The translations under genes were made by a program, and so were the position numbers. From positions 1,333,946 through 1,397,945 of the forward strand of contig BCIN01000005.1 in the NCBI GenBank assembly GCA_039545335.1: 64,000 nucleotides of DNA. The letters are read 5' to 3'. The notes beneath the pieces were generated by a model. That model made no database searches, was not told where the DNA came from, and was given only the letters and a program-made list of their open reading frames with translations. The stretch is from Kondoa subrosea. Taxonomy: Eukaryota. Of the stretch, positions 1 through 13,499 are shown one piece after another (the stretch's first letter is position 1; every line of letters starts with the position of its first letter).

Positions 1-330
1 TCCGATTGCGCGAATGGATGGTGAGGTCTTGTTGAACAGGCTGTTGTGAGGACGGTAAGTACTTGCGCATGCAACGGCGAAGCTATGATCTTACAATCTT
101 CAGGCACTCCTTATCCAACATCAAGTCGTGTTGTGCATGCGCGCGGCCAATTGTTACCAGTAATGCCATGCGGCTTCTGGCTCGTATTATGTTCTGATCA
201 AGGAAGATCGGTACATATGTGCGTCTGACTTCCTTCAGCTGGTGTACAAGCTTATTTACGAGCCATAGTCCATAGACTAAATCGAGATGAGGACGAGAAT
301 GTAAATAACCCTCTCATTCCCAACTACCAA

Positions 331-1371
331 ATGGCTACAAATATTACTCGACTACCTGATGGCAGATACCAATTCCGGTTATCCTCCGAAGGTGTATACA
401 AGGCATATGAAACAGAAGGGGCACGTAACTTGGGCGCAATCAGTCTTTTTGGGTTCATGGGATTCTATGTAGATGAGGTGAGGTGCTTGATATTATTGCA
501 TATATTCTCGCTAATCTCGCTATGGATAAGGTGCTTGACTACTACTGGGGAGCAGAGAAGAGTCTTGCGCGCAAGTCACAAGATTGGCTTACTTCGCATA
601 CAAGTCGTTTGGAAGAGATTTTGGTCGAATTGGAGGATACTCAAGAGCGTGGTGCTCATGCATATCTTTACCTGCATGCGAGATACAGTGTCCAAAATCC
701 GTTCTTTTCGTTGAGAAAGGAGTTTCTCGATAGTATGTTCCCACTCTGGGTTAGTTCAGGACTACTGCTGATATGTTTTGCAGTTGCATCTGCTAAGATC
801 GCTTCTTTACAACGTATGACCTTAATCGAGCCAAGGTGCACTACTAATGGTGCTTGAACAGGCGCGATAAGATCTATACTCCTCAATCAGTTGTCGAATC
901 AGAACGATCAAGGCACTACAGCTGTTGTCACTCCACAACGAAATTGCAGTCCAACTCCAACAGTCTGGTCGATCTCAAGTTGATATCATTCCTTTGTCTT
1001 CCCAGTCCTGGCTTTTCCAGTCGGTAGAACGAGATTGCCTTCTTGCGCTTCGGCTGACATTGGGAAGGACATGCAGTACATGATTTCATTATCGGGGAAA
1101 ACTACTGGGTTAGGGTCGCGATTGGCTGCTTTGGGAAGACCTTTGCAATCTTCGGCTGGCACATGCAACAATCTTCCAACTCTCTATGCCTGCTCTGTTC
1201 AATATCGAACATGAGTTCGATGATGTTCTTGTTGACGGACCACATGTCAGTAAGGAAGGAAGCGCTGTCGAAGAGACGTTTTCTGATCCACTGTGCAGCT
1301 ATCTCGTGCTGGTGACTGAAAGGGCAAAGGACACTCGTCAAGTTATAGCTTCATTGTCAATTCGTCCATGA
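331..1371 (+). CDS. Hypothetical spliced protein
   Basis: ATG 331; intron 478-530 (GTGAGG..GCTAATC..AAG) joins ORF 331 to ORF 483; further GT-AG introns probably lead to ORF 1186-1371. No recognised domain; the 3' exon structure is uncertain. Confidence 0.4.
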
Positions 1372-1596
1372 TTCTAGTAATGTTCTTTCCTGCTGTGTAC
1401 TTCTAATAGTCGCATAGCATTATATGTATTTCATCCTCTAGTATCTAATTGTTACACTATATTTGAGTCTGTCTTGAAGTGCATGAACAAGTCTGCTGTG
1501 GAGGCATCGCATGGATATGAATATCCGTTACTTTGAAATGCCTGGGAGTCAATGTACAGTATGTAATGCTCTTCAAACCCAATCTCCTTTCGCGTA

Positions 1597-4098
1597 TTAT
1601 TTCGATGCCTGCATCCCGATACGAGCCCAAAACAGTTTCTCTTTGATGCGAATCAAATCTCTCCAAGTCTTGACCTCCCATGGTCTAGAGTCAGGTTGCT
1701 GTTGCAAATTGACAAAACTACCTTGTCTTGACAAAGCTTGAGATATTGGTGTAGGTTTAGGTGCTTCAAAAGGATTCTGCTGTTGCGCCAGGACTGGGGT
1801 TACAGGGGAAGGGAAAGAGGAAGAAGCAGGCGTTGTCGGAGTGGCTTGAAGTCGAGCAATAGATCGACGTGGAACAGGTGGAGGAACAGGAGAGCCCGGT
1901 AGAACAGGGCTTTCCTTCTTGACTTCAGGTGCAGGTGATGCTTTCTCGCTCGGCTCAGCATCTGGATTCGCCTCTCCAGAAGTCTTCTCAGGCTCGGATA
2001 CTTGAGCTTCTGGTTTAGATGGTTCTTCAGATTTGGACTGCGATTCTTCGAGCTTAGGTTCAGCTGGAGATACAGGATCAACAGGTGTTTGCTCGACAGG
2101 TGTTTGATCTGATGTACTCTCTTCAGTCTTAGCTTCTGACGTAGCTTGAACAGTCTCTTCTTTTGCTTCAACCGATTGCTCTTGTTCTGGCATCACTGGC
2201 GCCTCAACATCTTTCACTTCCTCTTTGTCAACCTTTGTTTCGCTTTGGGTGGACGGAGGCGGAGGTGGAACATTTCTCTGTTCTTTATCTCCACGCTTCT
2301 CCTCGCCTGAGGTCCTACTTCCGCTTGTAGAAGGAGCAGGCGGCATATTTCTGGGCGCTGAAACAGTCGATACTTTCTCACTCGACAACTTCTTGCCATC
2401 CACCACTACCGATCTTGCAATACTTCTTACAGCTCCCCAGAACTCGCAAGTAGTTCTCAAACGTTCCAAGCAATAGGTTGAGCAAAGAACAAAGGAAGTA
2501 GACGCATTAGGAGAAGCAGAATCGATACGAAAGATGTAGACTTGTTTTGTAGAATTGGAAAGAGCAGGAGAGGGATTGGTTGAAGTGTTGGCTGAAGGTG
2601 AAGAAGATCTGAAACCCCAATTGGTAGCTCCAATCAATTTCCGCATAGTTCCTTGTTGTGACGGTACACGAGTCATTCCTGGATGCGAGGGTGTAGGAAG
2701 AGCTGATTCTGTTCCACAGAGCGCACAAGATGTTGAAGGAGCGTGATGAGTCGGTTCAATGATCAATTGTCCTTCGAGAATAGCAGACTGGACATTTCTT
2801 CGAGAAAGCCAATTGAGACCTGGTGCTAGATCAAGCCGTAGGCAAGGATCAGAATCTTCTTCTATACAGCGCTTGATGAAAGGTTGCGAAGAATGCGAAG
2901 TGAGGTTAAGGATGTTTGCTAGGTGTTCAGATCGAGAGTAGCCTGGCTGAGGTGAATGCGACAGAGGAAAATCGAGTTGTGTCTTTAGTCGGCTGAGATG
3001 GCGAACATACAGAGTGAACTCATGGAAGGGTAAGATATCGGTCATAAGCGTTGGCATAGGATGAGAGAGTGAGAAGGTGGTTTGCGAAGAGAGCAGAGGT
3101 GACGGAGGACCGGAAGCAAGGTAAGTTGCAACACTGTCGCCATTTGCGAAAGTTGCTGTTGTAGCTTGCTGTCTATTGCTTACAACGGTTGGATCGGCTT
3201 CCATACTACTCAACAGATGCCTCAGTTGGTCCCGCTCTCTTTCGATTTGTTCGAGCTTTGTGCCAAAATCCTTCATTTGCTCAGACTGACCGTTTATAAG
3301 CAGTTCGGTATCCTTCAAACGTTCTTCCAGAGATTCGGATTTCCTTTCAGCAAGAACTTTGGCTTTTCGCTCGCTGGCAACCATTCGATTTGCTTCATTG
3401 AAAAGGGAAGCAGACAATTCATCCAATTCTCCTTCAAATTTGGCCTTGTCTGCTTCAGCTTTGCCTCTTGATGCCGTCTCAGCAATGACACGATCCATGA
3501 GAAGCGTCAATTCGGTTTGAACATGAGCCTAAGAACGCATTGAGCTGGGGAGAAGCAGAGCACAGTACTACGCTTAAACTAACCTTCTCAACAATTAGAC
3601 CACCTTCAAGCCTTCTATCCCAAGCGGATCGTTCTACTTCGAGTTCATTGACTTTGTTTCTCAATCCCACAGTCACACCATTGGCGTTTTCGAGCTCATC
3701 TTCCAAATCGCCTATCCTGCCAAACGATCTAACCAATTTTGAGTTAAGGGAAGCGAGTTGTGATTGCATATCTTCTAGTTCAGCTTTCAAAGCTAATTCT
3801 TGCTCTGATGGTAACGCAGGTTCCTGAGGTACAACAGGTGGTGTTTCAATGTTGGGCGAATTAGCATTAATTGACTCTTCAGCTTCTGAAATGGTCTGAG
3901 GTATCTCTGGGGAGTTGATGACGCCTAAGAACCAGTAAATTGAGACAAAGCGGTGCGATTAAGCGTGCACTAAAGCTCACCTATAGGCGGTGTGCTGTAT
4001 ATCGAATCCATTCGACCACGATTAGCGACTGCTTGTGTATGGTCTTCCTCGTCCATTACAGGCGTCGAGGGCTCAGAAACAGAAGCAGGAGCAGCCAT
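1597..4098 (-). CDS. SEC2: Sec2-like Rab GDP/GTP exchange factor
   Basis: Sec2p signature ELDELSASLFNEANRMVASERK in a coiled coil, LAPGLNWLSRR motif, Cys-rich segment (CALCG..CSTYCLERLRTTCEF), C-terminal W..LIRIKEKLFWARIG; upstream exons in ORFs 3970-4227 and 3479-3790. Confidence 0.85.
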
Positions 4099-4375
4099 AT
4101 TGAAAGGAAAGAGACCCAGTCCAGTCAAATGCGAGAAGTGATTGTGAGGCGCTCTAGGCGACGATTGGACTTGTACGGACATTTGTAAGATGGTCGATCG
4201 ATAGCAAGAGAGCGGTGTGTCACTCACTTACACTTAGACGGAGCTCTGGTGAATTGGCTGCATTTGGTCAAAGATCAGCCTTCTTTAGCGATTCGCGACT
4301 TGTCTGATATCCGGCCTGCCATATACCCCTTGATAAGCATAGCACAGCATAGTGTAGTGCGTCAGAGCAGCAAGA

Positions 4376-5808
4376 ATGAATACCATTCAAGCTGATCTGG
4401 CCAAAGTCAACGCAAAGGTCACATCTCTGAAATCTGTCGAAGCTTCAGTCTTGCAGGCCCTCATTGGTCGATTGGAGGATATTCAGCAACGTCTGGCTAA
4501 TGGAACTACAACGCTATCCACTGCTTTACCTGGTTTGCAAACTGCTGTACAAAATGGGTCAGGCCGCTTGACGGACGCCGTCAAAGAGGTGCACAACCCG
4601 CTCAATAAGCTCGGCAAAGGTATCGATAAGGTAAGCGCAATCAAACGCAAGAAGAAAACAGCCAGCTCATCCTCTTGCGATCAGAAATTCTCAGCCGACC
4701 TAACGCATGTCCTTCCACCTGTTCCAGAAGGCGCTGTCAATCCATTCAAACACATGTACTTCTCTTCCTCTGAAGATCAGCATCAAATAGATCGAGTCAT
4801 CGCGGATCATTTGGTGCGAACGAATGTGGACGAGGCAGCAATCAGAGAGTTCGTACAGGAAGCTAATGTCGAATTCCCTGAAGAGACGAACAAGAGCTAC
4901 AAAGAAATGCATGCCATCACTCAAGCTATCGAAGCTGGTGATCTTTGGCCAGCGTTAGAGTGAGTTTCTGATCTCTGTTAAGTACAGCAATGGCCTAAGC
5001 CCTCTCGCGCAGCTGGGTTGACTCAAACCGAGAAGAACTAGATGATTTAGCTTCAGCTTTGGACTTTGCTCTGCACCGATCCTACTTTATGCATTGTCTC
5101 CTCAGCGATCCTCTTCCCTCTTCTTTGTCGAGCAAATATCCAGCAAGTAAGCCTGGCTCCATCTTGGCATTGCAATACGCTAGAGAACACTTTCAACCTT
5201 TTTACACTTCGCAACACCTGCCCGACTTGTCTCGCCTTTTAGCAGCTTCCCTTTACTCCCCTTCAGCCAAACTAGCTTCTTCACCTTATTCTGATCTTCT
5301 TAGTACCTCTTTCCACGCTTCTCTACTCGTTCCACTCTTCGCATCCACTTACACTCAATTTCATTCACTGCCCTTAACAGCACCTCTCAAAACTTTGACC
5401 GATATAGGAGGCGGAGGCGCTTTATCGAAATTGAGCAAAGTCCGAGCAGTGATGAAAGAAACGACGAAAACTGGTTGGTCTTCAAGTCATCAAGGAGGAG
5501 GAGCAAGTTTACCTGTTGAAATTCCTTTGCAATGGGAAGAATATCGCTTTCATTCAATTTTCGCTTGTCCGGTTTCTAAAGAACAAACTACAGAACAAAA
5601 CCCTCCAATGATGTTACCTTGTGGTCATGTGATTGCTAAAGAGAGTTTGAACAGGTTGAGTAAAGGTGGACCGTGAGTTTTCATCTTTTCTTTTCTTTTG
5701 TGTGTCGTTCAACCGGGACTGATGATTACCGATTTCTTCAGGAATGTCAAATGTCCTTATTGTCCCCTGAGCAGTGCAGTGGAGAAAGCAATGCGTGTGT
5801 ATTTTTAA
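4376..5808 (+). CDS. RMD5: GID/CTLH complex RING subunit Rmd5/Gid2 (RMND5)
   Basis: FHSIFACPVSKEQTTEQNPPMMLPCGHVI then, after an intron, KCPYCP..AMRVYF* (TAA 5806-5808); LisH/CTLH/CRA-like helical region upstream. Confidence 0.9.
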
Positions 5809-6081
5809 GAGCAAAAGAGCTGGAGCGGAATTATGTAATACAACTGAATGTAAAGAAGTCATCGGAAGATTGCTGCCTAGCGGCTGTCTATTGACGGAGC
5901 CATGGCGACCGAGAGTATCTTGACTCATTGATGACTGGAATGGGAAGGCCGAAAGGACAAGTCATCATAGCGGCGCCCGCCTTGGCGGTATATTTTTCGA
6001 ATTACTCATCACAGTTTTTGTTCTGAACCGTTCACATACATACCCATATATCGCTTCGGAGTAGAAGTGTAGAGAGAGCAA

Positions 6082-9000
6082 ATGGCCGCTCCATTGCCTA
6101 CGCCTATACCCTTGCCTAATCCTGATGACACAATAACTCGGTCGAACTCTCAAGATGGATCCCATTCATCTGCCCAAACTTTGATAGAAGAGCAGCAAGA
6201 CCAACAAGCTGCAGAACCCAAGAAAGCTGTAGCTAATGATATTCCTGAGTACTTCTCGCTTGACACTGAGTAAGTTGGAACCCTATCAAAACAAGGGATA
6301 CGAGCTCAAATGTAATATCCACAGGGGCGGACAAGAACTGGCACGCAGGCTGTCAAGAAGAGCAACTCAACATTCTACACGTTCTTCAGCTCATGGAGGA
6401 AACATTGATCCTGAAGCAGAAAACTTCGATTTGAAGAGATTCTTGCAAGATATGTTCCACAGACGAGATGAGGCTGGTTTAGAGAAAGTTGCTACTCTTG
6501 GTGTTGCTTTTGAAGATCTTACCGTCAAAGGTATTGGATCTGGTGTTGCTCTGAGCGAATCGTAAGCTCGGCTCGCATGTCGATCATTAACATTGTGTTG
6601 AAAGAAAGCTCGGTCCAGCTTCGGAGATGTCCTCAGTGCACCTGTACGCAAGTTGTACAACATTGCTACAGGTAAAGCCCATAAGGAACCTGAAAAGGTC
6701 AGTTCGCGCTGGCATTCATTGCACCGCGCAAATGACTTAATGCGTCATCAAAATAGGTCATTCTCAAAGGCTTCACTGGTCATGTCAAGCCTGTTAGTAC
6801 TGTAATGCTACTACAAAAATATGTATTAACAAGGGGTATAGGGAGAAATGGCGCTTGTTCTCGGTCGCCCCGGCAGTGGTTCAACGTAAGTTTTTTCTCC
6901 TCGGCACAGTCTAGGCAGCGTCTGACTATGAAGCTGGCTATAGGACACTCTTGAAGACTTTGACCAACTATCATGGAGGCTACAAAGCAGTCGAAGGCAA
7001 GCTCAAGTTCGATGGTCATGAGCACGATATCATGGAAGAGCGATATCGTGGCATGTGTGCCTATTTACCTGAGGGTAAGTTACAGCCCTTTTCTCTTGAT
7101 TCTCCGGCCGCGCGCTGAATAGGTTAATCTGTAGATGATGTGCATTTCCCCAATATCACTGTATGTGTCATGTTTGAGCGGTAGCTCACTATCTGACCAC
7201 ATTTTTACAGGTCGCTCAAACTTTGGACTTTGCTGTTCAGACTAGAGCACCTGCCAGTCGAGCTCGTCTACCGGACGAATCACGTAAAGACTTTGCTGTG
7301 CTATTTCGAGATGTTCTTGCGTAAGCGACAACCCATCGATCCTAATTCCCAGCTGACGCTCGGGAACAGCTCAATCTTGGGCTTGAGGCACACTTTCTCG
7401 ACAAAAGTTGGCGACGCTGTGGTTCGAGGTGTATCAGGTAAGAGTGCAATAGGCTGAATCTGATAGAACCTGATCGTTTGTGCAGGCGGTGAACGCAAAC
7501 GAGTCTCCATTGCTGAAGCGCTGGCCACTCGTGCCACCATCATGGCCCACGATAATAGTACTCGTGGTCTTGACGTAAGTGGAAAGTAAGACGAAATGGG
7601 TAACTGCTAAAACATCGATAGTCCTCTACGGCCTTGGAATACGGCAGAGCCCTTCGTATTGTAACGGATGTTGCTCAAGCTACTACTTTGCTCTCGATCT
7701 ATCAATGCGGCGAATCACTTTATCGTCTGTTCGACAAGATCATTGTCATTCATTCTGGACGCATGATTTACTTTGGCCCTGGAAACAAAGCTAGAGAATA
7801 CTTTGAGGAAATGGGATACAAGCCTGCTGATCGTCAAACAACTCCCGATTTCCTGGTGAACTTTATTCATTTTGTGTCGTTTTCTTGTGCTAATGCTATT
7901 GCAGGTCTCAGTTACAGACATTCATGCTCGCCAAATCAAAGATGATGTTGATCCTAAATCGGTGCCCAAGACGGCTGACGAAATGGCTCAAGCTTTCTTG
8001 AAGAGCAAGATGGGCAAAGCGAATCACGAAGCGCTTGATGAATACAACCGAAATATCAATGCGGACGAAAAGGCAGCTATGGTCAAAGCTTCGGCTAAAA
8101 ACCAGAAGGCTGGTCGAGCTTCCAACAAATCACCATACAACATTTCTTATCTGACTCAAATCCGTTTGTCCCTGAGAAGACGAGCCCAACTTGAACGTGG
8201 TGAAATAGCGACTTTTGCAATCAAAACTTTTGCTTCCATCTTCCAGGCTTTGATCATTGGTTCAGCTTTCTTTTTGATGCCTGTCAATACGTCGGCTTTC
8301 TTCTCTCGTGGTGGTGTACTCTTCTTTGCTATTCGTGAGTTGTTTCTCTCCCTTCCATCATGCAGGGTTGGCTTGACTTGGAATAAAGTATTTAACGCTT
8401 TCCAGGCCATGGCCGAATTGACATCTATGGTATATTTTCATGCTCTGGTCGCCATTTCGTATCATGCTAATATACAGAAAATAGTTCAGTCAACGTCCGA
8501 TCATTCAAAGGCAGAAGAGATTCGCTATGATTCGACCTTCAGCTGATGCTCTGGCTCAACTTGTTGTCGAACTACCTGCCAAGGTACGTTTCTGGTCTAT
8601 GTTGCTCTTAACCTGAGCTGATTCGTTGCAAACCAGCTTATTACTATTCTGGCGTTCGACATCATTTTATACTATATTTCCGGTCTTCAAAATCAGCTAG
8701 GTAAATTCGCGCCCTTCGATGACAACATCTTCTGACACTGATGCCATCCAGGATCGCAATTCTTCGTCTTCTATTTGTTCACGGTTCTTGGTACACTTTC
8801 TATGATTGCGCTTTTCAGAGCCATTGGTGCTTGGTCGAAGACTGAATCCGTCGCAACCGCTTTCGCTGGTATACTCATCTTGATTATCGCCATCTATACT
8901 GGTTACACTATTCCTCGTCCTTCCATGGTGGTGTGGTTCCGTTGGCTCTCATACTCGAAGTAAGTTTTCCTTGTTGATACTCTGTTCAGAAACTGACGCG

Positions 9001-12000
9001 CTCGCAAAGTCCCGTGCCGTTTGCTTTCGAAGCTGTTATTACCAACGAGTTCAGAACTATAAATGCTCCTTGTTCAGCTTTCGTTCCATCTGGAGCTGGC
9101 TATGCGAATATTGGCAACGCTAACAGACAATGTACTACGGCCGGCTACAACCCAAACACTGGCTTAGTCAATGGCGGCGACTACCTCGAAGCTCAAGTGA
9201 GTCTCGCGGCATTATCAGCTTACCGTCTACTGATTACGCCCATAGTTTGGCTACAAATGGTCTCACACCTGGAGAAATCTTGGATTCATCTTTGCATACT
9301 ATCTCTTCTTCCTTGCCATTTACATTATTGGCACTGAAAGACAAAAGGATGCTGCAGCTAGCGGAGGTGTACTCATTTTCAAACGTGGTCGTGAACCTGA
9401 AGCTGTAACTGCTGCACTCCAGAAGGGTCAGACTGTAGACGAAGAGAATTTGGCTGGGGAAGATCCTGAAGCTGTTGGCGGTGAAAATGAAGAACAGAAA
9501 GAAGCCGTATCCGAAGTCTCTGCTATGAAAGATGTCGTTACATGGCGCAATGGTGTGTCTCATTGTTCTGGCTTTTGAGTAACGTTGTGACATGGCGATC
9601 GATAGTTTGCTATGATGTCGATGTCAAAGGTGAAACTCGTCGATTGTTGGACAACGTCAATGGTTATGTCAAACCTGGTGCCATGACTGCTCTCATGGGA
9701 GAATCAGGTGCTGGTAAAACAAGTGAGTGAGACCGATATGACAAGTTTGATGTAGCTGATTTTCCTCTTGCGCAGCTCTTGTTAGTCTGTGCGATAATTT
9801 ACAATCGCTTCAAACTAATCTCTTGTACAGCTCAACGTTCTTGCGCAACGTGTCAACACTGGTGTCGTGTCTGGTGATTTCCTGGTCAACGGTCGACCAT
9901 TGCCAGCTAGTTTCCAAAGACAAACTGCCTGTATGTCAAAAGCTTGCAAAACTTTCACTTCACTTACTCCGGACAACAGATTGTCAACAGGAAGATACCC
10001 ACCTGTCGACTGCTACTGTCCGTGAAGCTCTTACTTTCTCTGCCATGCTCCGTCAGCCTGCATCTGTTTCAAAAGAAGACAAACTAGCATATGTCGAAGA
10101 AGGTATGCTCAGAGCTCTTCTCAACCTCACTTTCTGATCCAGTCGTCAATGCTCAGTCATCAAGATGCTGGAAATGGAAACCTTTGCCGAAGCCATTGTT
10201 GGCGAAGTCGGCGTTGGTCTAAGTGTGGAAGAAAGAAAACGTCTGACTATCGGTGTCGAACTTGCTAGCAAGCCTCAACTACTTATCTTCTTGGATGAAC
10301 CCACTTCCGGTCTAGACTCTCAGTCCGCCTGGTCAATCATGCGTTTCCTTCGCCGATTGTCACAAAATGGCCTTTCGATGTATGTTGAAAGCTTGCAGAA
10401 CATCCTCTTTGCTTACTCTCTTCTCGAAAGCCTGTGCACTATTCATCAGCCATCGTCCGAGCTGTTCCAATGCTTTGATCGTCTGCTTCTTCTGAAAAGA
10501 GGTGGTCAAATTGTTTATGAAGGTCCTTTGGGCAAGAACAGTCAAACATTGATCAAGTACTTCGAAGAGCGTTGTGACCAGAAGTGTGCCGATGATGCTA
10601 ATCCTGCTGAGTACATGCTGGATGTTATTGGTGCTGGAGCTGGTCAGACTTCCAAAATCGATTGGCATTCACTCTGGAAAGAATCCGACGAGGCAAAGAC
10701 TCTGGCCGACGAGATCGACAGGTATCATAAAGATACGGAAGGCAGAAAGACTAAGGCAGAAGAAGAAAACGAAAGCGGAAAGACTTATGCAGCTTCTCGC
10801 ATGACTCAATTCAGCCTTGTCTATAAGCGCATGCTGACCGACTATTGGAGAGATGCAACTTATCTGGTCAGTCGATTTGCCATCAACGTCGGAGCTGGTC
10901 TTTTCATTGGTGAATACGCACTACCTAAGAAACACCTCGAGCTAAACCCTTTCCAGGATTCTCCTTCTTCCGCCTTGGTCTATCTATCGCCGATTTGCAG
11001 AACAAGCTTTTCGCTACCTTCTTGTCAGTAGTTATTTCCACTACATTGGCTCAGCAATTGCAACCGAAATATCTTCAACATCGAACACTTTACGAAGCAA
11101 GAGAAAAGCCTTCGCGCATGTACAGCTGGACAATTCAACCTTTAGCCTCGGTACGTCATCCTGACCCGATGTATGCTAGAACACAATCTCATATCCCAGG
11201 TAGCTTTGTGCCGAAATACCTTGGAACGTGATTTCAGGAACTGTTTACTTCTTCTGCTTCGTAAGGAGCCCTGTTCACGCTTCGATTCATATCTAAGCGC
11301 TTTTTCACTTAGTACTTTACTGTCTTCTACCCAGAAGCTCGTTATGGAGCCGAAAGAGGCATTTACTGGTGGTTGATGTACATGGTTAGTCGTCTTCACT
11401 CGCGATCAGCCCATGTTAATACTTTCAGCAGATTTTCCAACTCTACTTCATCTCCTTCGGTCAAGCAGTAGCAGCAATCTCACCTGATGCAACAGCTGCT
11501 TCGATCTTGTTCAGTTCGCTGTTCTCCTTCGTTTTGATCTTCTGCGGTGTCTTCCAGTATGTTCTTGCCCCATCGCTGAATTTTTCACAACTAATTGCGT
11601 GTCCAGACCTCCGTCCCAGTTGCCGTATTTCTGGTACGTCCACGATGCTCATTGAGATAAACGTGAAGCGCTTATCACCATCTGCACAGGCGCTCTTGGA
11701 TGTATCCCCTGTCGCCTTTCAGAGTAAGTCAACAACCTATCTGACCGGGGGAGCCTGATCTGACTATTTCCTCACAGTATTTGATAGCTGGTCTACTTGC
11801 CGGTATGCACCTTATGGTACTCCCGATAGCTCTCCTGATCATTCTTTCGTAGATACCACTGGCAACCTACCTGTCGAATGCGCTAGCAATGAATTTGTCA
11901 CCATTCAGCCTACTGCAGGAACATGTCAAGATTACCTTGGACAATACATTCAATCCAGCGGAGGATATCTCACCAACCCTGGAGCTGCTGCTGACTGTCA

Positions 12001-12504
12001 ATTCGTATGCTATGCCTATCTTTTGTGCAAGCGATTCCACTAATACCTCGATAGTGTCAATATCGATCCGGCAACGAGTTCCTATCGTCGCTGCAAGTAC
12101 AATATGGCGACAGATGGCGCAATCTGGTCAGTCCACATGCATGATATGAACGCGCATGAGCTAATTCCCTTTTCAGGGTATCTTCATCGCCTATTGCATC
12201 TTCAATATTGCACTGCTTCTAGCTTGCACCTATATCTTCAGAGAAGCCTCGTTCTCGTTTGGCAAGAAGAAGAAGGCCAAGAACCCTAAAAGTCCACCTT
12301 CCAACAAAGAGTCGGAAGAGGAAAAGAAACCTTCAATTGCTGAAGGTCAAGCAGAAAAGGGAGCAATGAATGTTCCTGCTGGTGGATTTCTACAAGCCAC
12401 AAACGCGCCTCAGCAAAGTAAGTGTTCAGTATCGTACTCTCAGACGCGCTGACGTTTCCCAAGATAACACCGCAGGAGGCAAAGATCCTGCTTCGATGGC
12501 ATAG
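6082..12504 (+). CDS. Full-length PDR-type (ABCG) ABC transporter, many introns
   Basis: NBD1 [12 protein letters not shown] and [19 protein letters not shown]1, NBD2 [20 protein letters not shown] and [28 protein letters not shown]2; (NBD-TMD)2 topology typical of Snq2/Pdr5-like pumps. Confidence 0.95.
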
Positions 12505-12742
12505 AAGATTTCAGAGTTGTAAACATCATGTTAATAGCTATAGAGTTTCGATCGTTGTGTAGATAGCACTTTCTAGTACTTAATAGCAATGCACTGTTTC
12601 ATGCAAATGATTTCGGCGTGCCGCTGAAATTCATACGAGCAGCTCTTTGACATTACACAGCGATCTGGGTTCAGCAGAAGAAGAAGAAGAAGAGGTCACA
12701 ATCATCTTGTCACTAGCATCACGATCTCCTGCTTTGACCAGT

Positions 12743-13426
12743 ATGCAAGACAAAACATCTGCTCTGAGAATCTTCAGTGTTGAAGACTTACAGGTCTGTC
12801 TCGCTGCCTGCATCTTACACTTCATAGCTGAATGTTCGTTGCAGCTCGCGCCTGCTCGTATGTTGAGACTGTCACCCCGCATTGTTGATGCTGAATACAC
12901 TCAAGCCTAACAGACTGTCTTCAAGCTAATCAACCCTTGGGTCAAGCTTTGGAGCAAGCTACTCTACGAGATTATTCTATCCTCCCTGTGGTCTCTTCCT
13001 CGAAAGCTTTGATAGGCTACCTAGACGTACCCAAAACGCTCAAGTCGAGTAGTGAAGAGGTATGGAAAGAGAGCGTTGCAGGAGTAATGAGTAGTTTCGA
13101 AAGGAAGAAAGCGTATCAAGGTTAGGTCTATCTTAGGACGATGGGACTGTCGTTGATGTTTTGGGCAGTCATTACGCCCGATACTTCACTTCTAACATTA
13201 TCTCAATTCTTTGATCATGCTGACTTTGCCATCGTGTGAGGACATATAGCTTTTAGTGAAATCTTAGCTAACAAGGTAGGTAGAACCGATTCAGAAAGGA
13301 AATTCGTACTTGCAGTTGCAACGAAAGAGGACTTGGACAAGTAAGTACTCAGCACAGTCAGCCCAACATTTGCTTTGCTAACGATGCGATAGATTCGCGA
13401 CTCGCTGGAATGGGAACAAACATTAG
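12743..13426 (+). CDS. Small CBS-domain protein
   Basis: Spliced model reads ..LRDYSILPVVSSSKALIGYLDV..AYQVITPDTSL..FFDHADFAIVTDSERKFVLAVATKEDL, a CBS-pair pattern; stop TAG 13424-13426. Confidence 0.7.
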
Positions 13427-13499
13427 CTTTTGGGATATTGGCCAGCCGTGCGTCCTGCGCAAGTCGCTTGGGATGTATCTGACTTTCTGATTCTTGCTT

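Noticed and set aside
1107..1116. GGGTTAGGG, a telomere-like or telomerase-template-like 1.5 repeat
   Set aside because: Single short match within a probable gene; expected by chance.
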